A DNA stretch of 52,063 nt from a virus. Its lineage: Duplodnaviria; Caudoviricetes. Below are positions 44,411 to 52,063 of the stretch, piece by piece. Under the pieces are notes generated by a model. The model made no database searches and was not told the DNA's origin. It saw only the letters and a program-made list of their open reading frames with translations. Each line of letters starts with the position of its first letter. Within the stretch, counting starts at the first letter, position 1. The stretch lies in the IMG/VR virus record IMGVR_UViG_3300046812_000338, positions 1 to 52,063 of that record; one strand, written 5' to 3'. The translations under genes were made by a program, and so were the position numbers.

Positions 44411-44719
44411 GTGAGCGTGATCGAGAAGCTGCGGGCGGCGATCGGGGGACGCAACGCACTGGACGAAGCAGTCGCCCGGCGCCGCGTCTCTGACCTGATC
44501 CGCGACTACCGCGTCCTCTGCGCCGACATCGGCCCCGTCACGTATGCGGCCGATCTAGAGGCCAAAGAGGGCGCCGACCTACGGATCATCGCCTACATGG
44601 CCGTATGGCGCGACGTGCCCGCTCTGAGCGTCTGGCAAGACGTCATGGACCTCGACGCCGTCGACCTGGTCATCGACGCCGCGGTCGAGGGCTTCGAGCA
44701 TCATCTGAGCCGCGCCTAG
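44411..44719 (+). CDS. Hypothetical protein
   Basis: TAGCTT 8 nt upstream of GTG. Confidence 0.55.
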   Translation: MSVIEKLRAAIGGRNALDEAVARRRVSDLIRDYRVLCADIGPVTYAADLEAKEGADLRIIAYMAVWRDVPALSVWQDVMDLDAVDLVIDAAVEGFEHHLSRA

Positions 44720-44721
44720 CG

Positions 44722-44750
44722 CTTGACGAAACGCAAGCCGCTGCTAGGCT
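44722..44750 (+). promoter_or_regulatory. Promoter with CTTG-N8-CAAG operator
   Basis: CTTGACGAAACGCAAG; TTGACG-16-TAGGCT. Confidence 0.7.
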
Positions 44751-44789
44751 GCAAGCGCCAACGCAACCCCCCCAAAGGAAAGGCAGAAC

Positions 44790-45425
44790 ATGCAAATCAG
44801 AACCCGAAACACCGACGGGACGGTGATCGTCGACGTCATTGACGCCAGTGACGGCGCCATCGCCGGGTCGTATCAGGTCCCGATGAACGACCAGCTGGTC
44901 GTCACCGCGACCACGGCCCACTCGCCGGCGGACATCGAGGTCGGCGCCATCGAACCGATCCCGACCGAGACGACCGACGCCCCGCCCGCGACCGAAGGCG
45001 CCGAGCCGCCCGCGGCAGGCGGCGACGAAGGCAGCGCGGCCCCGGCCGACGGCGAAGGCGCCGGTGCCCCCGCCGAGGGAGCCGAAGGCACCGACACCGC
45101 AGGCGGCACCCCGCCCGCCGAAGGTGCCGACACGGGTGGCGCGGCCCCCGCAGGCGAAGAGGCCGCGGAAGGCGCAGGCGCGCCGACCACGTCCGAGGCG
45201 TCGGAGAAGCCGCTGTACACGCTGGCCGGCGAGGTCCCCGAGGGCTTCGCCCCGTCGGGCCTCGACACGCCCGACGGCGCCACCCTCTATCACTACGCCG
45301 GCGACAGCGCCGGGGCGGCTCACACCGCAGACGTAGGGATCGAAGGGCTGGACCTCTACGCCGAGGCCGACGACAACAGCCAGCCGGTCGTCGCCGCGGG
45401 CGGCCCCGAGCAGGCCGCCGCCTAG
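44790..45425 (+). CDS. Acidic protein with low-complexity PAEGA-type linker
   Basis: AAGG SD; own promoter and terminator. Confidence 0.7.
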   Translation: MQIRTRNTDGTVIVDVIDASDGAIAGSYQVPMNDQLVVTATTAHSPADIEVGAIEPIPTETTDAPPATEGAEPPAAGGDEGSAAPADGEGAGAPAEGAEGTDTAGGTPPAEGADTGGAAPAGEEAAEGAGAPTTSEASEKPLYTLAGEVPEGFAPSGLDTPDGATLYHYAGDSAGAAHTADVGIEGLDLYAEADDNSQPVVAAGGPEQAAA

Positions 45426-45433
45426 TCCGGTCA

Positions 45434-45474
45434 GTGGGAGCGGGGCGCTTCGGCTCCGCTCCCACGCCGTTCTT
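45434..45474 (+). terminator. Intrinsic terminator
   Basis: GTGGGAGCGGGGC-gcttcg-GCTCCGCTCCCAC followed by a T-rich tail. Confidence 0.65.
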
Positions 45475-45477
45475 CCC

Positions 45478-45717
45478 ATGCCGACCACCGCTCGCTTCGA
45501 GGTTTACGAGGGCTATTCGGACGGCCGCCTGACGGGCCGGTTCAAGTGGCGATTCATCGACGGGCACGGCACTCGCACCGGAATGTCTGGGCGCGAATTC
45601 GACAGCCGCGACGAGGCAAAGCAGGGGGCCGCCGACTTCGTCCTGGCGATGCGCGCCGTCACCTACGGCAAGCGCTTCGACGACCAGATCGCCGCGATCG
45701 TCGTCGACGCCGCCTGA
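45478..45717 (+). CDS. DUF1508/YegP-like protein
   Basis: ARFEVY...FKWRF.DG.G....SG..F.SR..A. Confidence 0.7.
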   Translation: MPTTARFEVYEGYSDGRLTGRFKWRFIDGHGTRTGMSGREFDSRDEAKQGAADFVLAMRAVTYGKRFDDQIAAIVVDAA

Positions 45718-45980
45718 TGGACACCACCGACCGCCGCGCCCTGCTGAACTTCCTCTGGTTCACCGAGGACTTCGAGCGCAGCCGCCAGAGCTTCGAGGAC
45801 GTGCGCTCCCGCGGCTTCCGCCAGTGGGTGCGCCAGGCGCCCAAACACGCCCAGCAGGGCATCCGCGACGCGCGAGCCGCGGCCCCTGACGGCCTCGTCG
45901 CCTTCTGCACCGCGCTCGCCCCGCACTTCCCGGTCTATGCGGAATGGCTGCAAGTGGTCGAGGAACACGACCTCGCCTGA
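45717..45980 (+). CDS. Hypothetical protein (MDTTDRRALL...)
   Basis: TGATG coupling. Confidence 0.55.
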   Translation: MDTTDRRALLNFLWFTEDFERSRQSFEDVRSRGFRQWVRQAPKHAQQGIRDARAAAPDGLVAFCTALAPHFPVYAEWLQVVEEHDLA

Positions 45981-46219
45981 TGCCGAGTGCCGCCGTCGAA
46001 GCCGCCCTGTCGCGCATGGACCTGGCGGCGGGCCTCCCACCCCGACCCGTGGCGCCGCTGGAGGGACGTGGCGGCGAGCCGGGGCAGCTGCTCGACGCGC
46101 CCCTGCGCTGGCGCTTCCTCGCGGCCCTCGACGCTGACCTCGCCCTGCACCCGCGCGCCCTGGCCGCGGCTGACCCGATCCGCTTCGGCACGATCGCCGG
46201 CAGTTGGTGGGCACGGTGA
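45980..46219 (+). CDS. Hypothetical protein (MPSAAVEAAL...)
   Basis: TGATG coupling; stop overlaps the terminase GTG. Confidence 0.5.
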   Translation: MPSAAVEAALSRMDLAAGLPPRPVAPLEGRGGEPGQLLDAPLRWRFLAALDADLALHPRALAAADPIRFGTIAGSWWAR

Positions 46220-47799
46220 ACCCCACCGAGCGCCGCGAAAAGCGGGTGGCTGCGGCCTTCGGAAACCCCGTCTACTTCGGCGAGACGTACATCCGGCCCT
46301 ACGACGACAACTGGGCGGCGCCGCTGCCCGACGTGGCGGTCGAGCTACTGCGCTTCGCCTGCCAGGCGCGCCGAGGCGTGGTCATGACGCCGCCCGAGTT
46401 CCTGAAGACGACGACGATCAGCCAGGTCTACCCGCTCTGGCTCACCTACCGCTACGCGCAGGCCGGCAAGCTGGCCCACCTGCACGGCGCCCTGATGTCG
46501 GAATTGCAGGAGTTGGCAGAACGCAACCTCTCGGTGATCGCCTGGCACATCGAGAACAACCCCGACCTGGCGCGCGACTTCGTCGATATGCACGGGCGCC
46601 CGCTCGTCGAGCCTGACCCCGAGCAAGACAAATGGACCGACGAGGAAATCATCGTGCGCCGGCCGACGCCATCGAAGGACCCGACCTGGCAGGCGAAGGG
46701 CGTGAAAACCACGATCCAGGGGGCGCGCCTGAACCACTTCATCGGCGACGACCTGGTCACGCCAGGCTCGGCGAAGTCGGTCGCCAAACAGCGCGACGCC
46801 CTCGACCGCTGGGACACCGAAGTCACGACCCGCCTGGTCGCCAACGGCCAAGCGCTGATCGCCGGCAACTTCAACCACCCGCGCGACCTGCTGTCGACGG
46901 TGGCGTCGAGGCCCAGCTACCGCGTCCTGAAGCGGCCTTCCCTGCACGTCCCGGACGATCCCGAAACCGCACCCGAGGACCCGCGCGATCCGACCGCCGT
47001 GGTCGCCCTCCCCGAGAAGTGGCCGCGTCAGCGCATCCTCGCCGAGCTATCGGAGAAGCCGTTTCGCTTCCCGGTGATCCACCTGCTGCGCGCGGCCCAG
47101 AAGGGCGGCACGATGCTGCGCGAGGCGTGGGTGACGCGCATCAGCCTCGACCAGATACCGGCGCTGGGGCGAACGATCCTCTTCGCGATCGACCCCGCGC
47201 CAGGGGCCGAGGTCGACCCCGACCCGTCCTTCTTCACGATCACGGTCGGCATCTTGACCCGGGCCAACCTCGACATCGTCGAGTCCTACGCGGCCCGCAT
47301 GGAGCCGACCGAGCAGGTCGAGCTACTGAGCGCGATGGTCGAATCGCGGCGCAGCCAGGGCCACGTCGGCGGCATCGGCATCTCCAAAGTGGCGCTGGAC
47401 AAGTACGCCCGCGGCGCCTTCGAGGTCGGCGACCCGACGCTGCGGCCCCTCCTGCACCCGCACTCAGTGGGCGAGGGGTCGAAGGTCGAGCGCCTGGGGC
47501 AGCTGGGCACGTACTTCAAGGGCGGCTGGGCGCGCGTCACCGAGGACGCCTGGCATGCGAAGACGAGCGCGCCCGACGACCGCGACCAGGAGACGACGCT
47601 CGCCGAGGAGTGGACCACGCTGCCGATGCAGCGCCACGATGATCGCCTGGACGGTGTCGACGTGCTGGTCAAAGAGGCGATGTCGGTCGGCGGGCACCCC
47701 GGCGCCCAGCAGCCGATCTTCGGTGACGGCGCCCCGCAGGACCCCACGATGCCGGTCGAGGACCCGATCACCGCCGGCATCCTTGACGAGCAGTGGTGA
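46216..47799 (+). CDS. Terminase large subunit
   Basis: Variant Walker A PPEFLKTT, GARLNHFIGDD (Walker B), AIDPA and HDDRLD nuclease motifs. Confidence 0.88.
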   Translation: MNPTERREKRVAAAFGNPVYFGETYIRPYDDNWAAPLPDVAVELLRFACQARRGVVMTPPEFLKTTTISQVYPLWLTYRYAQAGKLAHLHGALMSELQELAERNLSVIAWHIENNPDLARDFVDMHGRPLVEPDPEQDKWTDEEIIVRRPTPSKDPTWQAKGVKTTIQGARLNHFIGDDLVTPGSAKSVAKQRDALDRWDTEVTTRLVANGQALIAGNFNHPRDLLSTVASRPSYRVLKRPSLHVPDDPETAPEDPRDPTAVVALPEKWPRQRILAELSEKPFRFPVIHLLRAAQKGGTMLREAWVTRISLDQIPALGRTILFAIDPAPGAEVDPDPSFFTITVGILTRANLDIVESYAARMEPTEQVELLSAMVESRRSQGHVGGIGISKVALDKYARGAFEVGDPTLRPLLHPHSVGEGSKVERLGQLGTYFKGGWARVTEDAWHAKTSAPDDRDQETTLAEEWTTLPMQRHDDRLDGVDVLVKEAMSVGGHPGAQQPIFGDGAPQDPTMPVEDPITAGILDEQW

Positions 47800-47844
47800 A
47801 GCCGCTACGGTTGCGCTTTGTCAACCCTTCCCACTGGAGGCAGC

Positions 47845-48075
47845 ATGGATCAGCAGCCGAGCGTTTGCCGCACCGTCCTCTACTCGCGCCCGCAGAACGG
47901 CATCGAAGAGGCGATGGAGGTCCCGGCGATCGTCACCGACGTCTGGGACGCCGAGGGCGGCGGCGTCAAACTGACCGCCTTCCCGCCTGACTGCGCCCCC
48001 GAGCCGGTCGCCGGCATCGTCAAGTACGACGCCGAGGGCGGCGAGAACACCTGGGCGTGGCCCCCGCGCGTCTGA
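47845..48075 (+). CDS. Hypothetical protein (MDQQPSVCRTVLY...WAWPPRV)
   Basis: GGAGG SD; PS.gR.V.Y...PAIVT.V...W.WPPRV pattern. Confidence 0.7.
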   Translation: MDQQPSVCRTVLYSRPQNGIEEAMEVPAIVTDVWDAEGGGVKLTAFPPDCAPEPVAGIVKYDAEGGENTWAWPPRV

Positions 48076-48293
48076 TGGAGGCGCACGACACCACCACGCC
48101 GAAGGGCGCGTTCCTGGCCGAAAACCCCTACGCGGCCGAGGCCGACCGCCTGCTGGAGACGGCGATCGAGAAGCGCTCCGAACACGTCCTGCGCCGGGCC
48201 GAAACCTACGCCACGCTCGCGGTCGCCTTCGAGACGCGCCAGCAGCGCTTCGACCTGGAGCAGACGATGCGTGAAGCCGCGGGGCAGGTCTGA
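48075..48293 (+). CDS. Hypothetical protein
   Basis: TGATG coupling. Confidence 0.55.
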   Translation: MEAHDTTTPKGAFLAENPYAAEADRLLETAIEKRSEHVLRRAETYATLAVAFETRQQRFDLEQTMREAAGQV

Positions 48294-48490
48294 TGGCGGT
48301 CGCAGACCCCACCGACACGGTCGAGGTCCCGCAGACCACCCTCGACGAGACGGTCGCAGACCTCGCGGCGATCTTCGTCTCCCACAACGTGGGCATGGAC
48401 AAGCGGCGCCTGGCGCGCGAGTCGCTGGAGCGCCTGGCGCCCTACGCCACGTCGGACGTCGACAACTGGATCAAGGGGAGCGGCTGCTGA
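48293..48490 (+). CDS. Hypothetical protein
   Basis: TGATG coupling. Confidence 0.55.
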   Translation: MAVADPTDTVEVPQTTLDETVADLAAIFVSHNVGMDKRRLARESLERLAPYATSDVDNWIKGSGC

Positions 48491-48702
48491 TGGCGGCCTG
48501 CACCAACAACCTCGCCGCGGCGCTGCTCTGGAAGCTCGACCACCCGCAGCAGCACTCGTCGCAGATCGACAGCGCCCTGGGCGAATTCGTCGACGCTGCC
48601 GACCTCGACGCGCAGGCCGAGCGCGAAGGCAAGGTGGGCCGCATCCTGTACCCGCCGCCGTCTGCCGACCTGATCGCTCGCGCCCGGGAGCAGGCGCGGT
48701 GA
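48490..48702 (+). CDS. Hypothetical protein (MAACTNNL...)
   Basis: TGATG coupling. Confidence 0.55.
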   Translation: MAACTNNLAAALLWKLDHPQQHSSQIDSALGEFVDAADLDAQAEREGKVGRILYPPPSADLIARAREQAR

Positions 48703-48896
48703 GCGGCGAAAAGCCGGCTAAGGACCTGAGCGGCCACGAACTGCGCGGCAAAGCGCGGGGGCGGATGACGGACCGGCGCGAAGAGTGCCGCACCGAGCTA
48801 GGTCGCCGGCGCGACAACCTGCGCGGCGCCGTGATCCCGGCCTGGGAGTACAAGGCGCGCGGCCCCGAGCCGAGCAGCTGGGACCTGACCCGGTAG
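48699..48896 (+). CDS. Hypothetical basic protein
   Basis: GTGA coupling. Confidence 0.5.
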   Translation: MSGEKPAKDLSGHELRGKARGRMTDRREECRTELGRRRDNLRGAVIPAWEYKARGPEPSSWDLTR

Positions 48897-48995
48897 CCGA
48901 CACCCCCGCTAGGGTTCGCCCCGCTGGGCGAGCGTCGCGGCTGGACTGGGGCCGCGGCGCTCGGTCGGCTCCACCCCTACCGAGAGGACTACCCG

Positions 48996-49472
48996 ATGGA
49001 CTCAGAGCAGGCCCGCGCCACCCTCGCCGCGATCGACAACCACGACCGCGCCGTCGCCAACCTGCGCAACGCCGCCGCCATGATGGCCGACGACACGCGC
49101 GCCACGCCGATGCTCGAAGAGGCCGGCGACGCCTACGGGGCAGCGGTCGCCAAGCTGAATGACGTCGAGGTCGCGGCCATGCGCGGCGTCGAGGCGCCGA
49201 GCCTGATGGCCCCCGAGGGCCGCGACCCGGGCATCGCCCTCTACATCGTCAAGGGCGGCACCGGCGCCGGCTTCGTCGCGCCCAACCGCCCCGAGGGCAC
49301 CGACCCAGGCTCGATCGTGCTGCGCCTGACGTGCGACGCTCGCTTCCGCGGCGAGGACTACCCGGCCGGCTCTGAAGTCGTGATCCCGGAGGACTGCCTG
49401 TCTGACGTCCCTCCCGAGGGCGCCAGCACGACGAAGACGCCCGACGCGGGCAAGGACACCGCGAAGGCATAG
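48996..49472 (+). CDS. Hypothetical protein
   Basis: GAGGA SD; structured 5' leader. Confidence 0.65.
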   Translation: MDSEQARATLAAIDNHDRAVANLRNAAAMMADDTRATPMLEEAGDAYGAAVAKLNDVEVAAMRGVEAPSLMAPEGRDPGIALYIVKGGTGAGFVAPNRPEGTDPGSIVLRLTCDARFRGEDYPAGSEVVIPEDCLSDVPPEGASTTKTPDAGKDTAKA

Positions 49473-49536
49473 CGGCCCTTACGCGCCCGCTGGTCGCCTC
49501 TGACGGGGTCGGCCGGTGGGCGCTAGGCTGACCACG

Positions 49537-50025
49537 ATGAAAGCGACACCAATCGCCGGCCTGCCGTTCCCCGACGACACCGACGCGCCCGACGGGCCGG
49601 TACAGATCGGCGGCCTGGCGGCAGCGCTCGACCCGCTGGTAAAGCCGCAACGGGGGATCAAGTCGGCGAGCGAAGGCTTTGAACTCCCGGAAGCCTACAA
49701 AGACGTGCCCGGCACGACGCTGGAAATCACCCCCCCGACCGCGAGTACGCTGCTCGTCGTCGGCACCTGGCACTTCCAGAGCGCCGGGGCGGGAACGATC
49801 CTTCAGGGCACCATGAGCCTCGACGGGGTCGACCAGGCGGCCGTGGCGCTGCTGACCGTAGGCGGCGCGAACGCGCACTACCAGACGGTTTCGCAGGTCT
49901 ACGCCCTGGCGCTGGCCGCCGCCGAAAAACACACGATCAAGATGCGGGCGAAATCAAGCACGAAATCCGTCGTGTACTCGCTAGTGGCGGCCAACACGCG
50001 CTTCCTCTACGCGATGCTCGGCTAG
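49537..50025 (+). CDS. Putative tail fibre/minor tail protein (displaced from the tail module)
   Basis: TPIAGLPFPDDTDAPDGPVQIGGLAAALD N-terminus typical of actinophage fibres; beta-sandwich-like C-terminus; leaderless TAGGCT promoter. Confidence 0.6.
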   Translation: MKATPIAGLPFPDDTDAPDGPVQIGGLAAALDPLVKPQRGIKSASEGFELPEAYKDVPGTTLEITPPTASTLLVVGTWHFQSAGAGTILQGTMSLDGVDQAAVALLTVGGANAHYQTVSQVYALALAAAEKHTIKMRAKSSTKSVVYSLVAANTRFLYAMLG

Positions 50026-50687
50026 ATCAGCGCTGGTTCGGCTTCAGCTTCGGCGATCACGCTGGGCCATTCGCTCGCCAGCTGCCGGCCGAGCGCCCGC
50101 GCCCTGGCGTGGCAGGGGCGACTCTTACACCGGGCCGCGAGGCGCTTGCGCTGGGCCGTGGCGGCCTGTAGTTCGGCGAGCCGCGCCTCCCAGGGTGGCG
50201 CCGTCGTGGTCGCTTCGGGGAGGTTGGCTGCTTCAGCGCAGATCGGCATATCGCCCAGCGACGCCGTCGAGTAGGACGGGTACATGACGCTGCTGGGATC
50301 AGTGGAGTGGGCCAGCCCGTGCATATGGCCGACCTCATGGGTGACGATCAGGCAGGCGGCGATCGGGTCGGCGGCTTTGGAGGCGGCGAGGCGGATGAAG
50401 CACGTATCGCCTTCGCGCCAGTAGAGGCCGACCTCGCTCGGTGGCAGGTCGTCGGTGACGCGGGCCTGCACGTAGAAGCAGCCGGGCATCGGCTCCCCCG
50501 ACCAGCGGTTCTGAGCCAGCCGGTAGTACGTCGCTTCCTTCCCCCCGAAGGGGACTTCGGCGGCGCTCGCGACCGTGGCGTAGACGACGCAGAAGATCAG
50601 GAAGGCGCAGAAGAGGGCGATCGGGAACAGGCAGCAGGCAACGCCCAGGGCGCGGAGTCCGTCGATCAGGCGATCCGTGCGGTTCAT
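50022..50687 (-). CDS. Membrane-anchored matrixin-like zinc metalloprotease
   Basis: N-terminal TM; HEVGHMHGLAH...SVMYP metzincin motif. Confidence 0.82.
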   Translation of the reverse strand: MNRTDRLIDGLRALGVACCLFPIALFCAFLIFCVVYATVASAAEVPFGGKEATYYRLAQNRWSGEPMPGCFYVQARVTDDLPPSEVGLYWREGDTCFIRLAASKAADPIAACLIVTHEVGHMHGLAHSTDPSSVMYPSYSTASLGDMPICAEAANLPEATTTAPPWEARLAELQAATAQRKRLAARCKSRPCHARARALGRQLASEWPSVIAEAEAEPALI

Positions 50688-50693
50688 GGTCCT

Positions 50694-50745
50694 AGCCTAG
50701 CTGCTCTAGTTGCGGTTTGTCAAGTGCCTGATGCCGTGCTAGGGT
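50694..50745. promoter_or_regulatory. Overlapping divergent promoters sharing a TTG-N8-CAA operator
   Basis: Minus strand: CTTGACAAACCGCAAC (50724-50709), TTGACA-18-TAGGCT, ATG 6 nt later. Plus strand: TTGTCA 50717-17-TAGGGT 50740. Confidence 0.7.
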
Positions 50746-50924
50746 GGCGCCATCGTGTGACGCCTGCCCCTTCTCCCTCGATCTGCTCTGCCGGGTCGGT
50801 CGTAGGATGGGGGCGTGTTGGCACGGTTCATCGCCGCGGCCCCGCCAATCGGTCAGCACATGACGAAATGCGGGGCCGACGGCGTTCTAGGGGGGGTGAC
50901 ACCTTTCGCTAGCTTCGGGTGTCA

Positions 50925-52063
50925 ATGCCATCCGAAGCCGTAGAAGCAGCCCGCGCCCGACTCGCCGCCCGAGGCGGCCCCGTCGAGGCGGCAGCCGTGA
51001 GCAAGGACGCCCAGCGCGGCGCCCCGACCAAAGAGGAAGGCATATCCGGCCTGGTCATGCCGGGCCTGGGGACGGTCGGCGGCTTCAACCATCCCGAGTG
51101 GGCCTACTTCGTCGACGACCGCGAGTACGCGCCAGAGCTTCAGTGGCCCGCCTCGGTGCCGAAGATCGAACGCATGGAAACCGACGCCGAGTTGAAAGGG
51201 CTGATCCTCGCCACGACGCTGCCGATCCGCCGCTTCCGCTGGGAAATCGACCCCAACGAGGCCGACCCCAACGTCGTCGCCCACGCTGCCGAAGACCTGA
51301 ACCTGCCGGTCGCCGGCGAGGACGAAGGCCCCCGGCGCCGCGGCACCTTCAACCACGACCGGCACATGAGCCACGCCCTGCGCGCGCTCACCCAGGGCCA
51401 CTACCACTTCGAGGAAGTGCTGGAGCTTCGCGACGACGGCCTTCTGCACCTGGTCAAACTGGGCACCCGCCCGCCGCGCTCGCTGATCGCGATCCGCACC
51501 GACGAACACGGCGCCCTGGAGGCGATCGAACAGCTGCGCGGCGGCTTCACGACCGGCGGTCAGATTCTTGCCGGCGCCGCGGGTGGGGCGATCCGCGTCC
51601 TGGAGGCCGACCGCCTCGTCACCTACCTCTGGGACACCGCCGACGACGGCGACCAGGTCGGGCGCTCGATGCTGCGCGCCTGCTACCGCGACTGGCTGGT
51701 CAAGGACGCGCTGATCCGCGTCGACGCCGTCAAGCATGAGCGAAACGCGATGGGCATCCCGTGGTTTGAGGTCGACCCGGCGGCCTCAAAGGAGCAGATC
51801 GAATCCCTCGCCCAGCGCGCCGAAGAACTGCGCGCCTCGACCGTCGGCGGCGGCGCCGGCCCGGGCAAGCTGCGGATCGCCGGCGTCGAAGGCGTCTTGC
51901 CCGACACGATCGGCTCGATCCGCTACCACGACGAGCAGATGGCGAAGGCATTCGTCCTGCTGCTTTTCAACCTCGGCGGTGACGCCCGCACCGGCGCCCG
52001 GGCGCTCGGGGAAACCTTCGTCGACACCTACCTGGAGAACCAGGGCGCGATCGCCGACTGGTA
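50925..52063 (+). CDS. Portal protein (DUF935/Mu gp29-like), N-terminal part; continues at 3..1436
   Basis: Open frame from ATG 50925 (MPSEAVEAAR...GRSMLRACYRDWLVKDALIRVDAVKHERNAMGIP...IRYHDEQMAKAF), in frame with ATG 51939, which equals position 3; motifs typical of DUF935 portals; absent from the ORF track because no stop occurs before the window end. Confidence 0.9.
   Translation, partial: MPSEAVEAARARLAARGGPVEAAAVSKDAQRGAPTKEEGISGLVMPGLGTVGGFNHPEWAYFVDDREYAPELQWPASVPKIERMETDAELKGLILATTLPIRRFRWEIDPNEADPNVVAHAAEDLNLPVAGEDEGPRRRGTFNHDRHMSHALRALTQGHYHFEEVLELRDDGLLHLVKLGTRPPRSLIAIRTDEHGALEAIEQLRGGFTTGGQILAGAAGGAIRVLEADRLVTYLWDTADDGDQVGRSMLRACYRDWLVKDALIRVDAVKHERNAMGIPWFEVDPAASKEQIESLAQRAEELRASTVGGGAGPGKLRIAGVEGVLPDTIGSIRYHDEQMAKAFVLLLFNLGGDARTGARALGETFVDTYLENQGAIADW
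51937..52063. repeat. 127-bp terminal direct repeat, copy 2
   Basis: Identical to 1-127; lies inside a continuous ORF, so most likely a k-mer overlap of a circular contig. Confidence 0.97.

Larger units (their letters stand above)
1..52063. mobile_element. Complete contractile-tailed (myovirus-like) bacteriophage genome
   Basis: Terminase, portal, capsid, sheath, tube, tape measure, baseplate and lysis genes are present, the ends circularise, and no host genes flank it. Confidence 0.95.

Noticed and set aside
26865-48896. Integrase or lysogeny module
   Set aside because: No tyrosine/serine recombinase or ParA motif was recognised; lifestyle is left undetermined

Overview
This window is a complete, circularly assembled high-GC tailed phage genome of about 51,936 bp: bases 1-127 recur exactly at 51937-52063, and the portal gene runs across the junction. 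It is a Mu-like contractile-tail phage. The structural module runs portal-MuF fusion, protease/scaffold, decoration protein, capsid, neck, sheath, tube, chaperones, tape measure, LysM, hub with cell-wall hydrolases, spike, beta-helix tailspike, GH26-gp25 fusion, baseplate J/I. After it come a lysis cassette, a recombination/DNA-metabolism region (Rad52/Sak-like, PD-(D/E)XK, RusA-like, CHC2, TOPRIM, GroES, DUF5131) and dispersed terminase genes. I recognised no integrase, DNA polymerase, helicase, CRISPR array or reverse transcriptase. TANNNT promoters with leaderless starts suggest an actinobacterial host (inference). The most unusual signals are: (i) two tRNA-like genes with extra hairpins inserted into the D-loop and/or anticodon loop; (ii) a ~245-nt promoter-driven, multi-stem RNA closed by a tRNA-like end; (iii) six promoters carrying a CTTG-N8-CAAG palindrome over the -35 box, and a separate class of G-run/TAGnnT leaderless promoters before structural genes; (iv) a sigma-region-2-like protein fused to HNH-associated repeats; and (v) several unusual virion domain fusions. 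All protein calls come from motif recognition and synteny by eye; no database searches were run.
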